Positions 36,904-52,395 of a DNA stretch of 64,000 bases are shown piece after piece. The notes under the pieces are model-generated. The model worked only from the letters and a program-made list of their open reading frames with translations, was not told where the DNA came from and did not search any database. The translations under genes were made by a program, and so were the position numbers. Source of the stretch: Ostrea edulis. Taxonomy: Eukaryota. The stretch spans positions 73,718,001 to 73,782,000 of the forward strand of contig NC_079170.1 of assembly GCF_947568905.1 (NCBI RefSeq), given 5' to 3'. Numbering within the stretch: the stretch's first letter is position 1; each line of letters opens with the position of its first letter.

Positions 36904-37967
36904 ATGGACGGTACGTATAGTGATCCTATCATCATGACTTACAATATATAGGGGGGTTATTTTATTTTATCTGTTTATTATATATATTTATTCATTTATT
37001 CAGATTCCTCTATTTTACAGAGCTGACGTTCGGACTTCTAAATACGTCATCTTTATTGAATTATAGCAATGCTATATTTCAACTAGAACTATCATCTTTT
37101 CCGGATTCTTCGTGGGGCTTATCACTTACAATTATCTCAACAATCCTCCTTGTTATCGGAGTGATTGCTAATACCATTGTAATCATTCTTGTATTAGCAA
37201 GGAATGAACTTCGGACACCGACATTCACGATGATAGCTTGTCTCTCTGTTGCTGATTTGTTATGTTTGTGCTCACGTTACGTAGTCGGGATTAACGCTAT
37301 AAAACATTTTATGGGATACCAAGCTGTGCTCATGTACGCAACGATAACGTTTTATTTCTTACACAGTGCGAACTTTCATATCGTGTTGATTGCATATTTA
37401 CGTTATGTATTCATCACTAAGCCTTTGGAAAGTGTGAAGATCACCACAAAAAGCGTATTAAAAATGTCGGGAGGAGTGTGGTTTGCAGGAATACTAACTG
37501 GATCTCTATACTGCCTAGGAATTGTGTTGGAACTGCATGATAATATCACTTTCAAGGATGGTTTTGTTTTGGAAATGATATTCTGTATATATGTCACAAT
37601 TGTACCGTTTTTACTCATTGTGGTTTTACATATTATTAAAATTTTCAAACTAAAAAACACGGGACATTTGTCATCAGGACAACACTCATCAATTTCGAGA
37701 AAAATGTCCCTGATGATATTTATAATCATTGTGATTTATCTATTGAGTACCACTCCAATTTTAGTAGGTATAATTGTAGTTTTTATATGTATTTCTATAG
37801 ATTACAGCATCGCTGTATGTCCGATTTCCTTTTATTATTACGCTGTATCTGTTTCGTCACTGTGTTTGCTTTTAAACAATGCTGTTAATCCATTAATTTA
37901 CTTCTTTTTTTCTCCCCCAAGTCTTAAAGCCCTTCGCAGAATCAAGCAATTCTGCACAAAATCGTAA
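36904..37967 (+). CDS. Class A GPCR, copy 2 (exons 36904-36910, 37021-37967)
   Basis: Same splice sites and open frame; 10 amino-acid differences from copy 1; has the TM5 proline (VPFLL). Confidence 0.9.
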
Positions 37968-40900
37968 TCTTCAGGAATCAAGCAATGCTACACAAAATCT
38001 TAATCTTCAGGAATCAAGCAATGCTGCACAAAATCTTAATCTTCAGGAATCAAGTAATGCTGCACAAAGTTTAAAACAACTAATAAATCAATAGAGGCTA
38101 TGTTCAATAAAATATATGACTGACTTGTATAAAGGTTCTTCATTGGTTCATGTAATGTTTGATACCAAATAAATTGTAGATCTACAATATTTTGTTGTTG
38201 TGCATATTTGTGTTCTCTCGCTCAGTGCAATTCTTCCCAGGTAAGTGTTTGTTACGTTTTCAAGTACTAAGTGTGACTAGTATTCCATTGAATGTTACTT
38301 TATAACATACAATGTATATGTCAAACGACGAAAGATGAGGGAAATTACCTTTAATTACTGCAATAAATTGATGACGTATTCTTGGATGTAACATTAATTT
38401 AGTTAGAATGAATTGTTAATCCCATGCCATTACAATATGGGGATGGCATTTGATGGATATTATAATTTCACCATTGTCTTTTGTCTGTAAAATGACTGAG
38501 ACTGTGTATCAATAAAACGTTGGTCCGATCACTGTACACCAACCAATCAAGTTCAGTCAACACGTACATGTAGTCATGTTGTCAAACTGTTTCTGTTATC
38601 AGAGCGCAGAGTCGATTCCGATTCACTACAGTCTCTAGAAAAATATGAGACTTATGGATGTGTACTGTGTGTAGCTTCCCTAACAAAAATATGTAACACG
38701 GAAAGTCATTCGTTTAGTTTACGCCTTTGTTGATATATGGTATTTGTATGGTCGTGATGAACTATGAACTATAGTTGCCAATATATAGTGGCAACCTACA
38801 ACACATTTACAATTAAATGAAATATTTATTGTGATAATTTACATCATAATTGCAAATGTTTAGGATAATAGGTCCGTGTTTGCCATACCATCTATTTTGT
38901 ATTACTTATAGGAGTTATGAGATTGATCACTGTTCGGTATCTTCACCTTGCATATGGTATTTCTCCCTCTTCATTTCATAAACCATTTCTTTAAAATTTA
39001 CAATTACATCAATGGTTTTCCATAATCACTTTTGAAATGTTATTATACATTTCTATTTTCAGTATATGTTCAAACATATTTTGTCCAACAAAATGTGTAG
39101 ATACATGTGACATCATATATAGGTAATTGAGAATGTACAATTATGTACTATTTAACAAGGGGATATCACAAATATCAGGTCTTGGTAGGGTTATCATCCG
39201 AGGGCGCCTATGCACCCTCGGGTGATAACGCTAAGACTTGATAATATGTTATGTCTTCCTGCTAAGCAGTCTATAATAGTTTTATTATCCTGAATAATCT
39301 GAACGTTAAAAAACAATCACACATGTATTGACTTGTACCATATATATATATTTTTAATTTAAAACGTCAACAAATTCGTAACAACTTTCTCTGTAGAAAA
39401 TTCCAATAAAATTTCAATAGTTTTCAAGGGGTGAAATCAATGTTACCCTCAACTACATGCACTATTTTGTTTTACACTCAATGTCATACTTTAATTAGAT
39501 ATATATGTTGATGAAAGCAAATACTAAGGTTTAAGAAAGTTAATCGAGAGAAAGCATTCAATTGTGACGTCACAGTAGAATGACGCGAAATCATAACATC
39601 AAATGTAAACTTTTCGTAACGTATTTCAAAACAAAAACGTTCACATCAAGTGAAATGCAAAATTGTATGACAATGAGGCTATGTTCTTCTGAATTGTTAT
39701 TTATGACCGTAATGTTGACGCTGAAGTTAATGATTAACGATCTCGTATATATTTTTGCCCAACTATCTGTTTTGTATTGCTTGTAGGGGTTATGAAATTG
39801 ATCACTGTTCGTTATCTTCACCTTTCATTTTCAATTAATTTTAATAGAGCTGTCTCGCTTGTGCAATAATAATTTATCTTCTGCAGGGTGACAACTGCAT
39901 GTGAGGGAGACATCATGAATTGCCTCCCTTCACGTAACCAGCCATCGACCAATAAAATTGACTGTATTATTCTGAAGGATCACTCTACGGAAGGGAAAAT
40001 GAAAGTAGTTGTCTTCCTTTCAAATGGTTATTGAGCTCCACAGCACATAACATGGATTACAGGCTTGATTTTCACCAAAAATCTCTCTTACTACAATATG
40101 TCTGTCAGCAACAAAAATTATGGCTTCGAGCACGAGAAAAATAGTCACCAAAACATTTTACAGACTTTCTCAACCACAATTGTCAATTAAAAATAGAATA
40201 AACAACTGTTTTTAAGAAATTAAAAGATTAAAATAATTCAACCAATTGACAAATGACCATACATGATGATGCTATGTAATACGAAATAACCTAGCTCAGT
40301 GGACAAGTTGATTTCAGGGTTCAAATCCCATGAATGCCTAAAAAATTCAATATGTAAAAAGATTAAAACCTCACAAATATATTATATTACAAATCATGAC
40401 TGTTTCTTTGTCAAGTCTCCGACACTAGAAATGAAAGTTATGTACAGATCCTTTGAATATCATCATAAAGTGTAATGAAAGGTATTGTAACGATAAGTGT
40501 ATCCCACTGCAACGACCGTAAGTGCCATGCTAAGGTCAAAACTTGAGGTAATTCACTCAAAGCTTGTAACATCTATATATAAATGAAAATCAAATTTGAG
40601 GTAATTCACTCAAAGCTTGTAACATCTATACATTTATACATAAATGAAAATCAAATTTTAGGTTATTCACTTAAAGTTTGTGACATAAATGAACAATCTC
40701 AAATTGGAGATATAACTCCATAAACACATTAAAACAGCAAATTATTAATATCAATAATGAATTACCAGAAACAAATTAATATAGTTTGCTAAATTGAGAA
40801 CTTTAACAATTTGAAGATTTACACACTTTGATATACCTAGGCACCTGATCCCACCTCTGGTATGTCCAGGGGTCGGTGTTTGCCCAACTATCTATTTTGT

Positions 40901-41134
40901 ATTGCTTATAGGAGTTATGAGATTGATCACCGTTTGCTATCTTCACCTTACATAAGTGACTGCAGAGGGTTTTACAGACATTTTCCTCTCTGAATTGGAG
41001 GGAAGTCGCCGTTTTTAATGTAGCGAGTTAAAGCAGGGTACAGATTATATTTTGTCAATATAGGTACTGGTATACTATTCTGGATAAATCCACGGTGTTT
41101 GATTCAATGATTCATCATATAGCATAACAAATTC

Positions 41135-41855
41135 TCGTACAAAGCAAGATTTATTCAAAAACGTCTACGTGAGAAGAAAAATATCTCTCGGTTTGTCCTG
41201 TAAAGCGACATTTAGATATAGGTATCGACGACGTTTTATCAATTAACAATGCTAATTTTCATTCATATGTCGATTCGATATATCCCTGTGAACTCGAAAT
41301 AAAAGACACCACAGAGTCACCCACTTCTGCTTGATACTTAGATATTTTATTGAAAATGGATATTAACAGCAAACTGACAACTCAACTTTATGATAAACGT
41401 GGTAATTGCAGCGTGTCCATCGTCAACTTCACATATTTATGTAGCAATATTCCATTATCACCTGCACATGATGGTTATCTCTGTCAACTCATTTGATACC
41501 CAGGAGCTTGTTCTGCCTATGATCAAATTTTAAATCGAGGCAGGCTACTGACAAATAAGTTGATAATGTTGGGGTTCCAACAGTCACGTTTAAAGTCAGC
41601 ATTTCGCACATTTGATGGTCGTTATAACGATATAGTTTGCCACATCATATAATAATAATAATAATATACTAGTAGACTATATATTCGAATCAAGTTCATA
41701 TACTAATAATAATAATATAGGGCTCGCGGCGGGTATGACCGGTGGACAGGGGATGCGTACTCGTCCTAGGCACCTGATCCCACCTCTAGTATGTCCATGG
41801 GTCCGGTTTTTCCAAGCTCTCTGTTTTGAATTCCTTATAGGAGTTATAGATCACT
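41135..41855 (+). pseudogene. Penelope-like RT remnant plus tail, copy 2
   Basis: Paralogue of 12700-13428. Confidence 0.8.
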
Positions 41856-41955
41856 TAAATCACATGTCATGGGAACATAGACGGGTAAGGTACATGCGTT
41901 TTGGGAGATAGTTAATGTCAAACTCACAAAGACGTCCAGAAAATTGCAGTGTCTT

Positions 41956-44900
41956 TGTAGTGTAATTACGCCATGTCAATCCGGAATTTTCATACCTGGT
42001 TATGTACGGTTTTGTTTTCTATGTATCTATTTTCATTTCCGGTATCATTTCCACGAGATTGTAACATAATTCTATTTTCATAGACAGCGGCAACCATGTA
42101 AGTTTTATTCTTGAAAATTGTCAGAATGATATATTGTAATGTTTATTTCACTATGCAAAGGTTGAATTGTGGAAATTATAAGTAAATGTGTAAATGCTGT
42201 TCATTTCATTTTTGAGTGAATACTATTTTTAATTTTGCAATGTTATGAATCTTTAGACTGTCTTGAATGAGATAATTTTGAACTTTGGTTTGGGGCATTT
42301 TGTTAACTGGACAAAACAGTGAAAGATGGAACCTGACACTCAAAAGATGACAGAAAAAGGACAAGGTTTGTTTCATGAAGAAGTGGAAAGATATTCAGTA
42401 AAACTTGCTCGAATACGCAGGCTCATCGATGAAAATATTCTTGTCATTGAACATACGGAAAACGAGGATACCAAGAAACTGACCCAAGATCTCATTAAGA
42501 AAAACTTTGCTGAGTATGTGACATTGCATGAAACTTTTTGTGACTATCTCAAGAGGGTACATACAGAGGACAGTTTAAGGTTGATCGATCCTCTTGTGAT
42601 GCCATAGGTTTTTGCAAAATCTTTATCTATTTGAATTTTGCACATTATTGAAATATATCTTTCAGAGGAACTTTATTCACTGAAGAAAATAAAAAAATTG
42701 GCAAAATTTTGATACTGAAAAAGTTTTAAATTTCCATAGATAATCAATTATCTATAATTTTAAAAATGTTGTCAAGGGCAATAACACCTATGCTGGAATT
42801 TCCTCTACTGCATGTCTATGACACAATGCTTTCCCTAATATCCACAATTAATTTTTATTAGAGGGCGAAGCATGTTTTAAAAGGAAAATATATGAAAATA
42901 ATGAAAAAGTAAACCATACCTATGGAACTTGAAAAGTTTGGTAGCAATGGCGTCGAATATTAGCACGTGGACATGTATTCCTCCATTTTGAATCTCGTCT
43001 ACCCTGGTTCAAACGCTATGTTTGTAAATTTGCTAAATAACGACGCTGAATACAACGTCACAATGTACTGTTTACATCAATTACGTTATATTTCCAGCGT
43101 TCAATATATAGGCGGATCGAATGTCCAAAAGTAGGATGCTTTGATGAAGCTCTGTTCTCGTGCTAACTTCGGGTTGATTTTTGTCTTGCTTAGGATATAG
43201 ATACTAATGCCAATACGTTTTGCTTCGCCCTCAAGCACGGTCACGCCGTAAGACATATTATATCTATGAATTATCAGATTTCTTAAACTGTTGACATTTA
43301 AAATTTGTCATTTCAACAAGTTTTTATTAATTTTCATCATTCTGTTCAACGAAAATGTGGAATTTTTTTTATGTTGATATATACTTCTGTTTTTGTATGT
43401 CTGACATCTTTAAAAGGGTGGCAACATACACATTTTCTTTGGTTATTGATTAGATTAAACTATATTGAGTGGAAATTAATACAGTTTTTCCACTTTTAAC
43501 CATTAATATTGATAAGTCACATGAGGATCGACCCACCTTAAATGAGCTACAGTCTCAGACACTCATTTATGACACTGTGCAGTTAAAAGTGAAGGGAGCT
43601 CTACACTTACAGGAAGAATCAGTGAAACAACTTTTTACTCAAGAAATGGAGAAATCAGTGAAAGTAAAGAAAGTTTCTTCAACACGGACAAGATCAGTAA
43701 AATCAACTTGTAAATCTCTGAGATCACAAACAAGCAGTGCAGCATCAGACCTATATTTACAGCTGAAAATAAAAGCAGAAACAGCAAGAAAAAAATTGGA
43801 ATATGTTGATAAAGAAAGTGAACTTATATGTCAAAGAGCGAAGGTGGAGGCAGAGGCCCTAGGCCAACTTTGATAGCCAATTGATTCACATGAAAGCAGA
43901 AGAGGACAAAGAAGTTGCTGAAATTAACATGAAGATTCTCGAGGAGGAACTTCAAGATCATAGTGTGGCTAGTGAAAGTGAACAAAGTGACTGGACTACA
44001 TCGCACACAAACCGGTATGTTGTAAATCAGAGTGTACATGTTGAGAACAATGAGAAGGAGGCTGATAGAGTAAGACTGTTAACACCTAAACCAGATTTAC
44101 CCCCTGTGCAAACTCCATTTGTAACAATGAGACCAACATTATCTAACATGGTCACCCCACCACCTGTTACCCCACCAGACAGTAGACTGAATCCCCGTGC
44201 TGAACTCTTTGTTCCAGAGGGGCGGGAGGGCTGTGTGTCACGATTGAGTATGAGTGATCAGAACAAGACAGTTGAACACAATCGAGCATTTATGGATATG
44301 ACAACCTTTTTGACTAAGAAAAGTTTCATCTTAGAACGAGTGAAACCATTTGCTGGTGACCCTGAGATCTACTTAGCATGGAAATCTACTTTCAAGGAAG
44401 TGATGAGTGAAATTGATGCATCTCCATCTATTGAACTTGACCTCATGATACACAACCTCAAAGGACAGCCATATGAACAAGTGAAGAGTATTAAGAACTC
44501 CAATACTAGTGATTCAATTCGTGCAATTCAAAAAGCATGGGGAAGACTAGATTCATATTATGGCAGTCCAGATCGTATTGCAAAGGCTTTAAAGAGGAAG
44601 TTATGGGACATTATTGAGAAATTTGGCTTTAGCAACAAGCTGGAATATTTTTGTCTTTTAGACACCCTGAATGAAATCAATGCTGTTAAAGACAATCCAA
44701 AGTACAGCAAGACTTTGAGCTACTTTGACACATCTGATGGAGTAAACCCTGTGTTACGTAAATTTCCAAGAACTTTCAGAACAAATGGTGTGATAAGGCG
44801 ATCAGCTACAAAAGGAATAATGATGTGGTGTACCCCGCATTCAGTGTATTTTGTACCTTTGTTCAAGATATGACATACATAATCAATGACCCGGGATTTG

Positions 44901-47900
44901 ATTTTGATGATCCACCACAAGAAAAAAAATCGCAGCGACTTGATTCAGCAAGTTATTCGGGATCACGGACAAAATCAAACAAACAGTTTCACAAACAGGC
45001 TGTTAATTCCAATAAAACAGCTGTGTCGGAAGATGACGAAAGAGTGCGCTGTGCACTCTACAACTCATCCCACTCTACTAGTGACTGTAATGCCTTCCGC
45101 ACAAAGAGTATTGGTGAGAAAAGGGACATTTTAAGGAAGCATGGTCAGTGTTTTAAGTGCTGTGATGGAAAACATTTGTCAAAGGACTGTCGTGTGTATG
45201 TGAAATGTAACACTTGTGGTAGCAGACATCACTGCACTGCTATGCATGATAACACATCAAATCAACCCTCTCAGAATCATGGCGGGGAGAAACTGACAAG
45301 TGAAAAACCGACACTACAACGACAGATAGCACGGACTGAAACTGCGGCACACGTTAATGCAGCTTGTACAGAAATCTGCGGAAATTTTAGAGGCAAATCG
45401 TGTGCTAAGATTGTCCTAGTCAGCATTCACCCCCGACTTAGTGAACACCCACCAGTTAATGTGTACGCCATACTTGATGAACAGAGCAACAAGTCACTAG
45501 CTAAACCTGAACTTTTTGAAATATCATACAAACTATCTACATGTAGTGGATCCTCAGTAGTGAGTGACAGACGTTCTCATGGCTTCGTTATCAACTCATT
45601 GAACAATCAGACTACATTCAATTTACCGACTTTGATTGAGTGTGACGCTATTCCTAACAATCGTCATGAAATTCCAACCTGTGATGTGACCATTCATTAT
45701 CCTCATCTTACTAATATAGCAGATTTTATTCCACCTATTGACAATGCGGCAAACATATCATTACTCATTGGCAGGGATCTCTTGAGTGCACAGCATGTCC
45801 TTGAGCAGATAAGAGGCGACCCATCTCAGCCGTATGCTCAACGTCTATCATTAGGTTGGGTAATTATTGGAGAGACGTGTTTGGATGGAATACACACACC
45901 TAAATCTGCTGATGTTATGAAAACTATGTTGTGTTCGACTTCTGAACAACCATCCATTGGCATTTTGATGCCATACGACCGTAACATGCATGTTTCAGAA
46001 TGTGTTGAAAAACAATCAGTATTTAAGAGAACCAGTACAGACAACCAACCGTCATTATCTTGTGAAGATAGAGAATTCTTGGCTCAGATGGACAGTGATA
46101 TGAAAAAAGACTCTTCAGGGCATTGGATTGCTCCCTTACCCTTAAAAAGGACACGACTTATTTTACCAAACAATCGACAGCAAGCATTGGATAGAGCCAT
46201 TAGCCTGGACAGAAGTTTGATTAAGAACTCAACCAAGAAAACTCACTTTCTTGAATTTATGAGGAACTTGTTTGAAGCGGGTCACATTGAGTTAGCACCG
46301 CAGCTTCCACCAAACACCGAGTGTTGGTACTTACCTCTGTTTGGTGTTTATCACCCCCAGAAGAAAGACAAAATCCGTGGAGATTTTGACTCCTCTGCAA
46401 AGTGTGGTGGACTATCACTTAACGATGTCCTAATGAGCGGACCAGATCTAATGAATAACTTAGTGGGTGTATTACTGAGATTCAGAAGAGAATGTGTAGC
46501 AATAGTTGCAGACATAGAACATATGTTTTATAGTTTCCTGGAGGACATTCAACATAGACGTTACTTGAGATTCATTTGGCATAACGACAATTGTTTTGAA
46601 CAACCTCTGGTGGACTACCAAATGAGAGTACACGTCTTCGGTAATAGTCCCTCCCCTGCGGTGGCGACTTTTGGACTACGTCGTACGGCTGATGTCGCAG
46701 AGGCACAGTATGGTTCAGATATGAAAAACCTCGTGCATCGTAATTTCTATGTAGATGATGCTCTTTCTTCTCATTCATCGGCAAAAGAGGCAATAGATCT
46801 ACTTCAACGTACTAAGAAGGCTTTGATAGACCATGGCTGTTTGCGGCTACACAAGATAGCATCCAACTCTAGTGAAGTTTTATCTGCCTTCGATTCTCAG
46901 GACCTGGCTAAAGATTTGAAAGACACAGAACTGTGGACGGATGATCTACCAACACAGAGGAGTTTAGGAATCTGTTGGAACCTTTAATATGACAATTTCA
47001 TATTCAAAGTAAACATGGAGGAGAAACTATTTACTAGACGTGGCGTCCTCTCTTCTATCAACAGTTTGTTTGATCCACTTGGATTTGTTGCACCTGTGAC
47101 AATTGCAGGAAAGAGTATTCTACGTGAAGCTATGACAAGTGGGTTAGACTGGGATGAACCTTTGCCACATGATTTCCTTCAAAAGTGGACAACATGGAAA
47201 TCATCCTTGAAAGACTTAGAAAGTTTGCAAATCCCTCGTACATATATGGTGAGGTGTCTGTCAGTAAGGCAAGTTTCACAGAATTACTGATATTCTCAGA
47301 TGCTTCAACCATGGCCATTGCAGCTGTTGCGTTTCTCAGACTTGCTTCAGACACAGGGAAGGAGCAACTTGGTTTCGTTATGGGGAAAGCTAAACTGGCA
47401 CCTAAACATGGACATACTGTTCCAAGATTGGAATTGTGTGCGACCGTATTGGCAACAGAACTGTATGAACTTATCTCCTCAGAGATTGATACTAACTTTG
47501 ACTCGATTCGATTTTTTACAGACAGTAAGGTAGTCTTGGGCTACATTAGAAATGAAACTAAGCGCTTTTTCACCTACGTGGCCAACCGAGTAGAAAGAAT
47601 TCGCAAATTTAGTGAACCGAAAGATTGGAATTATATTCCAACGAAAATAAATCCAGCAGATGAAGGGACCCGATCAGTGGCAGTGAAGGAAATGCAAACC
47701 AGTCTCTGGTTGAACGGTCCACATGAATTACTAGATAGCAGCAAACATGAACAGTATGACCTTGACATTGATTGTGATCCGGAAGTCAGTTCTTGTAGAA
47801 CGGATGTACAAAGCATTTGTCAACTAGGATGTCATCGCTTTGAAAAAATTTCAGATTGGCAGCGATTGACTCGAGCTATATGTTTCATTCAGAAGATAAT

Positions 47901-50106
47901 GCAAAAGAGAAAAATGGTGAAAAGTGATGACAACAAAAATCAAACCCCACTCACATTGCAGGGAGCTGGACTTTTTATCATTCATTTGATGCAGGAAGAG
48001 GCCTTTGTTGAAGAAATTTCATCTCTCAAGACAGGCAGAACTGTAAACCATAGAAATCCTGTTTTCAAATTAGACCCTTACATGGATGAAGCTGGATTCC
48101 TCAGAGTAGGAGGCAGACTACGTCATTCTAATTTGATGCCTCAAGAGAAGAATCCACTGATCATTCCAAAAAAGAGCCATATTGCCAATTTGCTTGTGGA
48201 TCACTTTCATCGAGAAGTGAAACATCAAGGACGCTTATTCACAGAAGGAGCAATTAGAAGTGCAGGATACTGGATAGTAGGATGTCGTCGTCGAGTGAAC
48301 TCTCATATACAGAAGTGTGTAACTTGTAGAAAGTTGCGAGGCAAGCAACAACAACCAAAAATGGCCGACATCTTTGAAGCACACCTTCATCCTGGACCCC
48401 CTTTTACACATATTGGAGTGGTTGTATTTGGACCCTGGTCCATTGTAACTCGAAAAACATGAAGCGGTCAGGCTCAAGCTAAGAGATGGGCAGTAATATT
48501 TACTTGTTTGGTGATACGAGCAGTCCACATTGAAGTAATAGAGGAATTGAGCACTTCTAGCTTCATCAGTGCATTACGTCGTCTTACAGCCCTTAGAGGT
48601 GAAGTACGTACCATTTGCTCAGACCGTGGCACTAACTTTATAGGAGCCACTTCGGAAATGAATATCAACAAGATTGACATCGACAATGCACAGCTGAAAG
48701 ACTTCATGACTAGGAAAGAAATTCAGTGGAAGTTCAACCCCCCACACGCTTCACACATGGGTGGGGCCTGGGAGCGGCTGATAGGTGTCTCTAGGAGGAT
48801 ATTGGATTCTCTGCTCACCGATCCTAAAGTGACAAGACTTACTCATGAAGTTCTGGTGACCTTCATGGCAGAGGTATGCTCTGTTATCAATGCGCGCCCT
48901 CTGAGTGGTATTTCATACGACCCAGATTCACCCATTCCTTTGTCCCCCGTAACGTTACTTTCCTTGAAAACAAAACGTGTGGTAGACTCTTTCAACTTAG
49001 TAGAGTTTACAGCAAAGGATTTGATGAAGGACCAGTGGCGCTGTGTACAACTTTCGAATTGTTTTTGGAAAAGGTGGAAAATGGAATACCTTTCTTCACT
49101 CCAACAGCGGATGAAATGGCAACAGGATGAAAGAAATCTTCAAGTTGGTGATATCGTCCTTCTTCGTGATAAGACCCTTCATCACAATGATTGGCCGATG
49201 GGAATTATTGAGAACACATATCCTAGTGTTGACTCTCGTGTCTGCAAGGTAGATATTTGTTTCGGCTCAGACAGAAAGATTTTCAAACGTCCAGCAACGG
49301 AAGTTGTGCTTCTTATATCAAACAAACAGTAATGTGATTGTGTTCAGATAGGGTTTTGAACTGATTAGCACAGAAATCATTTTATGAGCATATATGTTAC
49401 AAGTTGGTAGTTCGTTCATAATTTTGTTTTGAAAATAGTAGTGATATTATCAAATCAGACGGGGAGTGTAGTGTAATTACGCCATATCAATCCGGAATTC
49501 TCATACCTGGTTATGTACGGTTTTGTTTTCTATGTATCTATTTTCATTTCCGGTATCATTTCCACGAGATTGTAACATAATTCTATTTTCATAGACAGCG
49601 GCAACCATGTAAGTTTTATTCTTGAAAATTGTCAGAATGATATATTGTAATGTTTATTTCACTATGCAAAGGTTGAATTGTGGAAATTATAAGTAATTGT
49701 GTAAATGCTGTTCATTTCATTTTCGAGTGAATACTATTTTTAATTTTGCAATGTTATGAATCTTTAGACTGTCTTGAATGAGATAATTTTGAATTTAGTA
49801 AATTATTTGTGCATTATGAACAATACAAAACTGATTATCTACTGTTCAGTAATTGATACTATGTATAATATACAATGTTAGGACTCTAAATTATATTTTT
49901 GAATGTGTTGATTAATTTGACACAATGTTTGTATGTAAATCTGTATTCATTTATTGAAAAGTTACATGAATTACATATTTCTTAGTATTTTTTGGTAGTT
50001 TTCACAGAATGTCTCACAATGATGTCTGTCCCAGACCCTTGGCTGATCAAAAAATGGATTGCATTTTGAACTTTGGTTTGAGGCATTTTGTTAACTGGAC
50101 AAAACA
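41956..50106 (+). mobile_element. BEL/Pao LTR retrotransposon, copy 2 (LTRs 41956-42318 and 49467-50106)
   Basis: Same GTCTT TSD, LTR deletion and shared stops; lacks the 19746 frameshift but has a private CGA>TGA stop at 48460. Confidence 0.97.
42579..43537. mobile_element. Kolobok-like MITE in BEL gag, copy 2, with the nested 400-bp element
   Basis: TTAA at 42575-42578 and 43538-43541. Confidence 0.92.
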
Positions 50107-51062
50107 GTCTTAATGCCAATCCCTGCAGTAATAGGACAAAGTCCTAATATGCAATCTTACACGTCTGATCTAGTTTGCCGAGGGAGGATAATTAAGTACC
50201 TGATATGAAATGTTGAAATGTGTTGATGTTTTCAACACATTTTCGTCCACAGTTCGCTCCTATGCAATACTGAGGATAATAGAACTTTTCTGTATAGCTT
50301 GGAGACAATTATCAAGTTGAGCTGTGTGGAAGATTTTAGTGCAAAGTAAGTTTGGTGTCCTTTCTTACAAGCATTCAAGTTCTCTTGCTGGGATCAAATG
50401 TGGAGTTCAATAAGATTAACAGGTGAGTGTCTTCCATTGAAGAGTGAGCATCAGTTTTCCTTAGGTGTTAAATTAATGTGTCCGTATTAAGTTTCTTTTT
50501 GGATAAAAATAAGGACATTAGATTGGATTTGTTTGCATTCCATGTAAAGTAAGCGCAATTCAACAAGTGTTGTCTGCAAGCGTTGGAGTAGTGCTTGGGA
50601 TGCTAAAACGCCAATTTTTGTGCACATATTCTGTATTTCATATCATTGCTCCTCACGATGATATTAACAGCTGCGAAGGAGAAACTTTAAATGCACTGTG
50701 CCACAACATATATAATCAGAAGTGGTGTTAATCAAATGTGAATTCTAAAAAATGCTAAAGAACTTCATGTAAATTTGAAATCGCAAATCTTTTATAAAAG
50801 TAACAACAAAACTTATGCCTTTTCAACACTTTACACGACCATTCCTCACGATACTTTCTGACATCATAGACAGTTGCTTTTCAAAAATGGAGAAACGAAA
50901 TATTCCTATCTAGTGATCACTGATCCAAAAAAATGATTTTGGTAAACACCACTCTGATTCCACGCACAAGTACTCTGAATTTAAAGAAAACAAATGCCGA
51001 AGTTCATCATTGACAATATTTTCGTAGTCTTTGATGATCAGGTCTTCCATCAGTTTGTTACT

Positions 51063-51207
51063 NNNNNNNNNNNNNNNNNNNNNNNNNNNNNNNNNNNNNN
51101 NNNNNNNNNNNNNNNNNNNNNNNNNNNNNNNNNNNNNNNNNNNNNNNNNNNNNNNNNNNNNNNNNNNNNNNNNNNNNNNNNNNNNNNNNNNNNNNNNNNN
51201 NNNNNNN
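51063..51207. other. Run of 145 N
   Basis: Direct count. Confidence 0.99.
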
Positions 51208-52338
51208 ACCCTACTTTCTTACAGTGTCAGATCTAAAAAGATACAAGGTCAGAAAAGTAATTTATAAAGGCGCTGATTACGCCACGAGCCTGTTGATTAT
51301 CTAAATCTCAAATTTGCGACGCAACCCGTGTTTTTACCAAGATACATGTATTACATCAACAAAGATCACACACAATTGAGCTTCAGTATCTCGAACTCCG
51401 TACAGTGTATACCAAAATAATCTTCGCTGTCATACGGGGACATCATGCTTTTTATGATGATATGAGATGAGGGCATGTAATTGAAATGTAATTATTAAAC
51501 TGTAATAATTATCGCAATTGCATACCGGTATATGTTTAGACATACCCTTGAATACATATGATTACTTGTAATTAATAATATTCAGTCAATTATATAGAAA
51601 ATAGTAACTAATTATAACTTTATTACAATAACCGACTTTCACTTCTCCATCACTTATCGAAACCAGTGTTGTGGAATTCTCATATACAGTACATACCAGA
51701 TATCGACGTCACCGTGTCCGTTCCCAAAATAACGGGAGGAAATTGGATAGAATTATACTACTGGTGAGGAAATGCAAAACAAAGATTCTCGGCAGTAAGA
51801 CATGTTGAGTTGTCGCTCTTTGACCTAAATCTGATAGCATAGACTGAATACCAGGTAGTTTCCAGTGCGTGTTGAACTCAGTCGACAATTACAGGGGTAG
51901 TTGTACGAAGAAGTGTGTGTATACTTCATAAAAGAAACAAAGTAGGACGATCTAAAACATCAATTACAAATGCGATTTTCTAATGTAATGTCCTATGTAC
52001 GCCAAAAACATAGCTTGCATTATCAAATTCACACACTTTGTAGAAATATTTCGACCGTTTTACCGGTCTTTTTCAGTCGTGTTTTTCTCTCATAACAACG
52101 TAACGCAAGACTACATACCCGAAAGTACTATGACGTCACAGTAAGTACTATAAACGTCAAAGTTGATATTGCGCGAAAAATATTTGAGAAAGGTAAGAGT
52201 CTAATTTTTGTCTTTAATGAGTAATGTCTTATAAGACTTGTATGCAAAGAACGTGTTACAATAACTAATTACAACAATATTGATGTATTTACGATTAACC
52301 ACTTACTGTAATTTTCCTTGTTTGTATTCACTTAGGCC

Positions 52339-52395
<57 letters not shown>
